Positions 58,731-64,000 of a stretch of 64,000 nucleotides of DNA are shown here, piece by piece. Each line of letters starts with the position of its first letter. The stretch's first letter is position 1. The stretch is from Promethearchaeota archaeon (GTDB taxonomy: Archaea > Asgardarchaeota > Lokiarchaeia > Sigyniarchaeales > SOKP01), in NCBI GenBank assembly GCA_048939015.1, contig JBHLPW010000017.1, positions 15,584 to 79,583 on the forward strand. Direction: 5' to 3'. The position numbers and the translations under genes were made by a program. Under the pieces are notes generated by a model. The model worked only from the letters and a program-made list of their open reading frames with translations. It was not told where the DNA came from and searched no databases.

Positions 58731-58905
58731 TGCGGAAATATTTGGTTTTACTTTCATTGAATTCCAATAATTTTACATATAAAATTAAAATAAACCTTCT
58801 AATTCGAGATCGGGCTATATACAATGATTAAATCCACAAAAGATTTAAATACATTAGAGATTTTAAAAGATATATAAAAAAGTAAAAAAAAATTTGCAAA
58901 GAAAT

Positions 58906-60441
58906 ATGACAATTAGACTTAAAAAGCAAGTAATTAATATTTTGAAGATACTACAGAAGAAGGGTTCAGAAGTTCATGCTATAGAAATGGCAAATGAATT
59001 GAACATTGACTATATAGTTCTAATGTCTGCGATTAATGATTTAATTGAGTATGATTTAGCAGGGTTTAGGGAAGAAGAGGTAAATGAAATTTCCTTAAAT
59101 AATGAAGGTATTGATTATATGAAAAATGGACTTCCGGAACGTCAATTATTGAATATATTGTTAGAAAATAATATTAAAGAGATAAGTTTAGGAGAATTTT
59201 TAAAAGATTCAAAGTTGGATAGAAGTATCTTTTATATAGGTATTTCAAATTTAAAAAAAAATAGATGGGTTTCCCAAAGTAAAGCTTCTGGAGAAAATAG
59301 AATTTATCTTACGATTGAAAAGTTTCCAGAAACGGACTTAGAAAAATTTCTTCTCAAATTTAAAGAAAATTCTGTTATTGATTACTCAAAATTATCTAAA
59401 CATGAATTAGAACAACTTGATCTACTAAATAAAAGAAAATTGGTTAAGAGAAATCGAAGAACTGAAAGGATTATAAGTTTAACTGATAAGGGAAAGAAAA
59501 TTGAAATTTCAAAAATAAAAGAATTAGAACAAATTAGTAAAATTACTCCAGAGATGTTAATCTCAGGATCTTGGAAAAATTATGAATTGAAACCATTCGA
59601 TATCACTAAACCAGGACCGCTTTTAAAAGCGGGGAAGTTTCATCCAATGATCAATTTAATTAACGAAATTAGAGAAATTTTCTTGTCAATGGGTTTTACT
59701 GAAATAAGAGGTCCAATTATCGAGAGTGCATTTTATAATTTCGATGCATTATTTCAACCTCAAGATCATCCTGCAAGAGAATTGGCAGACACATTTTATC
59801 TGTCCAATCCAAAAAGCGCAAGATTACCAGAAAAAGATAGGGTATTAGCTGTGAAAGCAACACATGAAAATGGGGGAGATACTGGATCATTGGGGTGGGG
59901 TTATGAATGGGATGAAGACATTGCTAAGAAAACGTTATTGCGCCCTCATACTACTGCTACAACTATGAGAAGATTAGCCCAATTTTATAGAAGCAATGAA
60001 AAAGCACCAGTAAAAGTATTTTGTGTAGATAGAGTTTTTAGAAATGAGAAGGTTGATAAATCTCATTTAGCAGAATTCACTCAAGTAGAAGGAATTGTTA
60101 TTGATGAGAATGCAACTTTATGTGATCTTATTGGTCTTTTATCGGAATTCTACAGAAAATTAGGATTTAAAAAAATTATTACAAGACCCGGTTTTTTTCC
60201 ATATACTGAACCAAGCATGGAAGTTGCAGTATTTTATGATAAATTGGGTGAGTGGCTAGAAATGGGAGGATCAGGAATTTTTAGGCCAGAAGTGACATAC
60301 CCCTGGGGAATTAAAAATCCAACTCGAGTTTTAGCATGGGGTCAAGGACTTGAAAGAATTGCAATGCTATATTTTGGCCGGAAAGATATTAGAGATTTAT
60401 ATATTAATCCAATAAAATGGTTAAGGAGTCAATCATATTAA
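58906..60441 (+). CDS. pheS: Phenylalanyl-tRNA synthetase alpha subunit (archaeal/eukaryotic long form)
   Basis: GLPE, FYNFDALFQPQDHPARE..DTF, LRPHTT, FRNE..D.SHL.EF.Q, FPYTEPS, WGQGLER. Confidence 0.96.
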   Translation: MTIRLKKQVINILKILQKKGSEVHAIEMANELNIDYIVLMSAINDLIEYDLAGFREEEVNEISLNNEGIDYMKNGLPERQLLNILLENNIKEISLGEFLKDSKLDRSIFYIGISNLKKNRWVSQSKASGENRIYLTIEKFPETDLEKFLLKFKENSVIDYSKLSKHELEQLDLLNKRKLVKRNRRTERIISLTDKGKKIEISKIKELEQISKITPEMLISGSWKNYELKPFDITKPGPLLKAGKFHPMINLINEIREIFLSMGFTEIRGPIIESAFYNFDALFQPQDHPARELADTFYLSNPKSARLPEKDRVLAVKATHENGGDTGSLGWGYEWDEDIAKKTLLRPHTTATTMRRLAQFYRSNEKAPVKVFCVDRVFRNEKVDKSHLAEFTQVEGIVIDENATLCDLIGLLSEFYRKLGFKKIITRPGFFPYTEPSMEVAVFYDKLGEWLEMGGSGIFRPEVTYPWGIKNPTRVLAWGQGLERIAMLYFGRKDIRDLYINPIKWLRSQSY

Positions 60442-60459
60442 TATGGAGGTTGCAAAGAG

Positions 60460-62136
60460 TTGCCAACATTAGAACTTACACTTGAACGCTTAGAAAGGTT
60501 AGTTGGAAAAAAATTAGATCTTAAAGAATTAGAATACGATTTACAATGGATTGGTTTGGATTTAGAAGAAATAAATGAAGAAGAACAAAAAATTAAAGTT
60601 GAATATAATCCGAATAGACCAGACTATTCTAGTCCAGAAGGTATTGCCAGAACTCTTCAGGGATACTATGAAACTAATTTGGGAATGCCATCATTTGAAA
60701 TCAAACCCGGAGAAATTGAATTAACTGTTGATCCGAGTGTTAAGAAAGTCCGACCATATATAGTCTGTGGAGTAATTAGAAATATTGATTTAGACGAGGA
60801 TGAAGTTGCTACTTTAATGAACATTCAAGAACAATTACATTGGGCAGTGGGAAGGGATAGGAAAAAGGTAGCAATAGGCGTTCACGATCTTGATAAAATT
60901 ACACCACCTTACCGATATACAGCAGTCAAACCAGATTCCGTGAGTTTTATTCCATTACATGGTGATGGATATCCTATGAATTTAGAAGAAATTTTGCTAT
61001 TGCATGAAAAGGGGATTGAATATGCTCATATTTTAGAAGGTAAAGAAGTATATCCTATTATTTTTGATAGTAATGATGAAGTTTTATCGTTTCCTCCAGT
61101 AATAAACGGAGTTTTAACAACTGTAACTGATGATACAAAAAATCTATTTTTAGATTTGACTGGAACAGATTTTAAAGCTGTTAATTTGGCTTTAAATATT
61201 TTGTCAACAACATTAGCCGATATGGGTGCCACAATTGAAAGTGTTAAAGTAAATTATGAAAACGAGAGAGAAATTGTAACCCCAAATCTAAATCCTGAGA
61301 AATGGGAGGTTGAAATTGATTATATAAACGAGTATATTGGAATTAATCTATCATCAAAAGAGATGATAAAATGTTTTAACAAAGTTAGACTCGAAGCTAA
61401 ATCATCAAGAAAGAAAGGATTCTTAGATGTTTGGGTGCCAGCTTTTAGGGGTGATATTATGCATGTTGTTGATTTTACAGAGGAGTGTGCAATCGGATAT
61501 GGGTATGATAAATTACCTACAACCATTATAGAGGGATGTATGGGAGAATATCACCCAATTCAATCTTTTTCAAATAAAATAAGGACAATAATGATTGGAG
61601 CTGGATATTTGGAAGTCATGAATTTTATATTATCAAACTCTGAGAAGCAGTATAGTTTTATGAGACAAGAATTTGAAGAAAAAACTCATGTGCAGATTTT
61701 AAATCCAGTTTCAAAAGAATATAATACAACTAGAACTCGTTTATTACCAAAACTGTTAGAAACATTATTAAATAACCGTTCTGAAGAAAAACCTATAAGG
61801 ATTTTTGAAGTTGGAGACATACTTTTAGTTGATGATAAAGAAGAAACTGGAGCAAAACGGGAGGTACATCTCTCAGCGGTTACTTATCACGAACATTCTG
61901 ACTTTACAGAAATAAGATCTACCTTAGATTTCATCATGACTTCTCTTGGAGTAGATAATGATTATGAGATTAAAGCTGAGAAAAATCTTACATACCTTGA
62001 GGGTAGATATGGTGATATATATCTTAAAGGAAAGAAAATTGGAGAGATTGGGGAAATTCATCCTGAAGTTTTGTTAAATTTTAAATTAGAATTCCCTGTT
62101 GCTGCATTAGAACTAAATTTAGAATGTTTTTTTTAA
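60460..62136 (+). CDS. pheT: Phenylalanyl-tRNA synthetase beta subunit (archaeal type)
   Basis: MPT, NRPD..S.EG.AR, QEQLH...GRDRKKVAIGVHD, FPPVIN, GEIHPEVL; TTG start with GGAGGT SD. Confidence 0.95.
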   Translation: MPTLELTLERLERLVGKKLDLKELEYDLQWIGLDLEEINEEEQKIKVEYNPNRPDYSSPEGIARTLQGYYETNLGMPSFEIKPGEIELTVDPSVKKVRPYIVCGVIRNIDLDEDEVATLMNIQEQLHWAVGRDRKKVAIGVHDLDKITPPYRYTAVKPDSVSFIPLHGDGYPMNLEEILLLHEKGIEYAHILEGKEVYPIIFDSNDEVLSFPPVINGVLTTVTDDTKNLFLDLTGTDFKAVNLALNILSTTLADMGATIESVKVNYENEREIVTPNLNPEKWEVEIDYINEYIGINLSSKEMIKCFNKVRLEAKSSRKKGFLDVWVPAFRGDIMHVVDFTEECAIGYGYDKLPTTIIEGCMGEYHPIQSFSNKIRTIMIGAGYLEVMNFILSNSEKQYSFMRQEFEEKTHVQILNPVSKEYNTTRTRLLPKLLETLLNNRSEEKPIRIFEVGDILLVDDKEETGAKREVHLSAVTYHEHSDFTEIRSTLDFIMTSLGVDNDYEIKAEKNLTYLEGRYGDIYLKGKKIGEIGEIHPEVLLNFKLEFPVAALELNLECFF

Positions 62137-62183
62137 AAACTTATTTTTATTTTTATTGATATCTAATTTTGGAAGGTTTATAT

Positions 62184-62462
62184 ATGAAAAAAGCCAATAA
62201 TGTAATAAAGGAATTAGAAGGACTTAGAGAAGAAATTAATAAGATAGATGACCAAATAATTGAACTCTTAAATATCAGAGGAAAATTATCACAAAAAATT
62301 GGAATCCTTAAGAAACAAATTAGTTTAGACACTTTTCAACCACAAAGAGAAAAAGAAATAATTAATAGAATAAAAGCTAAGTCTAAAGTTTTAGATGAAA
62401 CAAGTATTAAAGCTATTTGGAAGGAGATAATGGATGCTTGTAAAATAATACAAGAGAATTAG
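62184..62462 (+). CDS. Chorismate mutase (AroQ type)
   Basis: LEGLREEINKIDDQIIELLNIR...IG.LK...QREKEII. Confidence 0.88.
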   Translation: MKKANNVIKELEGLREEINKIDDQIIELLNIRGKLSQKIGILKKQISLDTFQPQREKEIINRIKAKSKVLDETSIKAIWKEIMDACKIIQEN

Positions 62463-62639
62463 TGTTTAAATTAAATTTCATCGAATTTTTAGTTAAATAT
62501 TAGACATCGATCTTAATTTATACATTTTACTTTAAAGTATAATATTAAAACTTAATTTTAGAAACTTTTTTACAATAATAAAAATATTCTAATATACTCT
62601 TTATCTTCTTATATTATTTACAGAATATTTGACTCAGAA

Positions 62640-63356
62640 ATGCTTGGAAATACAAGATTTGATGGAAGAAAATTTGATGAATTGAGGAAAATTACGATAA
62701 AAAGGAATTTCCTCAAATATCCAGAAGGTTCTGTTTTAATAACTCAAGGAAGCACAAAAATAATCGTGACTGCCTCAGTTATAGAATCTGTTCCACGATT
62801 TTTGGTCGATACTGGAACAGGATGGATTACAGCAGAATATTCGATGTTACCAAGAGCTACGCAAGTTAGAAATAATAGAGATATTAGTCGAGGAAGATCA
62901 GTTGAGATCCAAAGATTGATTGGTAGAAGTATACGTGCAGGTTTTAATTATGAGAAACTTGGAGAACGTACAATTAAAGTTGATTGTGATGTTATACAAG
63001 CGGATGGAGGTACACGGTGTGCTTCTATAACTGGAGCTTTCATCGCAGTTTTTGATGCAATTAATTATCTCTACAATCAACAACTAATTTATGAATTTCC
63101 TGATTATAAGGTAACAGCAGCAATCTCTCTTGGAATAAAAAACAACCAAATTTTATTAGATTTAGATTATAGTGAGGATTCTAAAGTAGATGTTGATTTT
63201 AATTTGGTTATGAATGAAAATTCAGAAATTATTGAACTACAAGGAACTGCCGAGGGAGCAACTTTTACTAAAGAAAATTTAAGAGAAATTATAGAATTAG
63301 GAGAAAAGGGAATATTAGAATTAATAAAAATTCAAAAACAGGAATTAAATCTATAA
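62640..63356 (+). CDS. rph: Ribonuclease PH (bacterial type)
   Basis: EGSVLI..G.TK, GWITAEYSMLPRAT, GRSVEIQRLIGRS.RA, LGERTI.VDCDVIQADGGTRCASITG, LDLDYSEDS, ELQGTAEG. Confidence 0.92.
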   Translation: MLGNTRFDGRKFDELRKITIKRNFLKYPEGSVLITQGSTKIIVTASVIESVPRFLVDTGTGWITAEYSMLPRATQVRNNRDISRGRSVEIQRLIGRSIRAGFNYEKLGERTIKVDCDVIQADGGTRCASITGAFIAVFDAINYLYNQQLIYEFPDYKVTAAISLGIKNNQILLDLDYSEDSKVDVDFNLVMNENSEIIELQGTAEGATFTKENLREIIELGEKGILELIKIQKQELNL

Positions 63357-63378
63357 CTTTTATATCCCTTTGTAGTAC

Positions 63379-63999
63379 TTATTTTAATCTATTTAACTTT
63401 AATCTATTAATAGACTTAGTGATGTTTAATTTCTCTTCATAAGATTCAGTAATTCTATTAATATGATAATTCTTAATTAGCCTAAATTCTGATAATTTTT
63501 CGGTATTTTCTTTAATTAGGTTATTTTTCTCGCAAGGATCTAATTTCAAGTTAAATAAAAATTCAGTATTCTTTTCTTCATCGAAAATATATTTCCAATT
63601 TTCAGAACTAATTGATAATAAAATAAATCCCTCATTTTGATTTCTTTTCATCCATCTGTTTTTTTGATAACACTCTGTAATTACATATTTAGGGTTTTTT
63701 ATTGGTTTACCTTCTAATGAAGGTAAAAGACTCTGTCCTTGAAAATCTTCTGGGATTTTAATTCCAAAATAATCTAGAATGGTTGGAGCGATATCGAGTA
63801 ATTGAACTGTTTCATTCACGGTTTTTTTATTAGTTTTTTTACCAAGATTTATTATAAAAAGAGGTATTTTTAGAAGTTCTTCAAAAACACTACCCTGATG
63901 ATCAAATAGGCCATGTTCGTAAAAGCTTTCTCCATGATCAGCAGTTATTATTATTAGACAGTCCTTTTTAAATTTCTGATTTATAAACTTCAAAAATTT
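63379..63999 (-). CDS. Sulfatase/alkaline-phosphatase superfamily protein, C-terminal part (5' end outside the window)
   Basis: ITADHGE...EHG..DH, IPLFI, DIAPTILD, LFNLKLDP.E; frame open to the window edge. Confidence 0.88.
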   Translation of the reverse strand, partial: KFLKFINQKFKKDCLIIITADHGESFYEHGLFDHQGSVFEELLKIPLFIINLGKKTNKKTVNETVQLLDIAPTILDYFGIKIPEDFQGQSLLPSLEGKPIKNPKYVITECYQKNRWMKRNQNEGFILLSISSENWKYIFDEEKNTEFLFNLKLDPCEKNNLIKENTEKLSEFRLIKNYHINRITESYEEKLNITKSINRLKLNRLK

Positions 64000-64000
64000 T

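Noticed and set aside
58590-58760. T-box riboswitch or SECIS upstream of pheS
   Set aside because: No UGGNACC T-box bulge or recognisable stem I motifs; no SECIS core and no in-frame UGA selenoprotein candidate nearby.
975-63083. Numerous short antisense/overlapping ORFs in the track (e.g. 10039-10338, 11085-11474, 27267-27692, 35483-35848, 54733-55056)
   Set aside because: They are shadows of well-supported genes on the opposite strand, with no motifs of their own.
1-64000. tRNA/rRNA genes, transposases, integrases, defence systems
   Set aside because: No GC-rich cloverleaf or rRNA-like segment in the spacers, and no ORF with such motifs was recognised.

Overview
AT-rich (roughly 30% GC by eye), gene-dense chromosomal segment of an archaeon, most likely Asgard (Lokiarchaeia-like). 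This is inferred from archaeal RadA, PheRS, TyrRS, CoaD and DUF1512 together with several eukaryotic-signature-type proteins: a Rab-like small GTPase, an MPN+/JAMM protein, a PCI-like protein, a Vps29-like protein, two LRR proteins and a giant single-pass surface protein with a cytoplasmic longin-like domain. About 50 CDS. Metabolic blocks: comDE; histidine catabolism (hutUHI plus formiminotransferase); an aminosugar/lipid-linked glycosylation cluster; an AOR/acyl-CoA ligase/SCP2/HAD run; Fe-ADH; ADP-forming acyl-CoA synthetase subunits; PPDK; PGI; a Ca-type P-ATPase; and pheS-pheT-chorismate mutase with a bacterial-type RNase PH. I saw no tRNA, rRNA, CRISPR array or mobile element. Most interesting observations: (1) an MPN+ / C2HC zinc-finger / PCI neighbourhood resembling a minimal proteasome-lid or signalosome module; (2) a receptor-like 2239-aa Ig-repeat/TM/longin protein; (3) hutH and coaD cannot be complete without near-cognate CTG/ATT starts, and aor probably uses one too; (4) a Phe-containing uORF overlapping a GC-rich hairpin upstream of pheST, which looks attenuator-like; (5) RadA with a Cys/His knuckle plus acidic-repeat N-terminal extension. 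All family calls come from motif recognition by eye; no searches were run.
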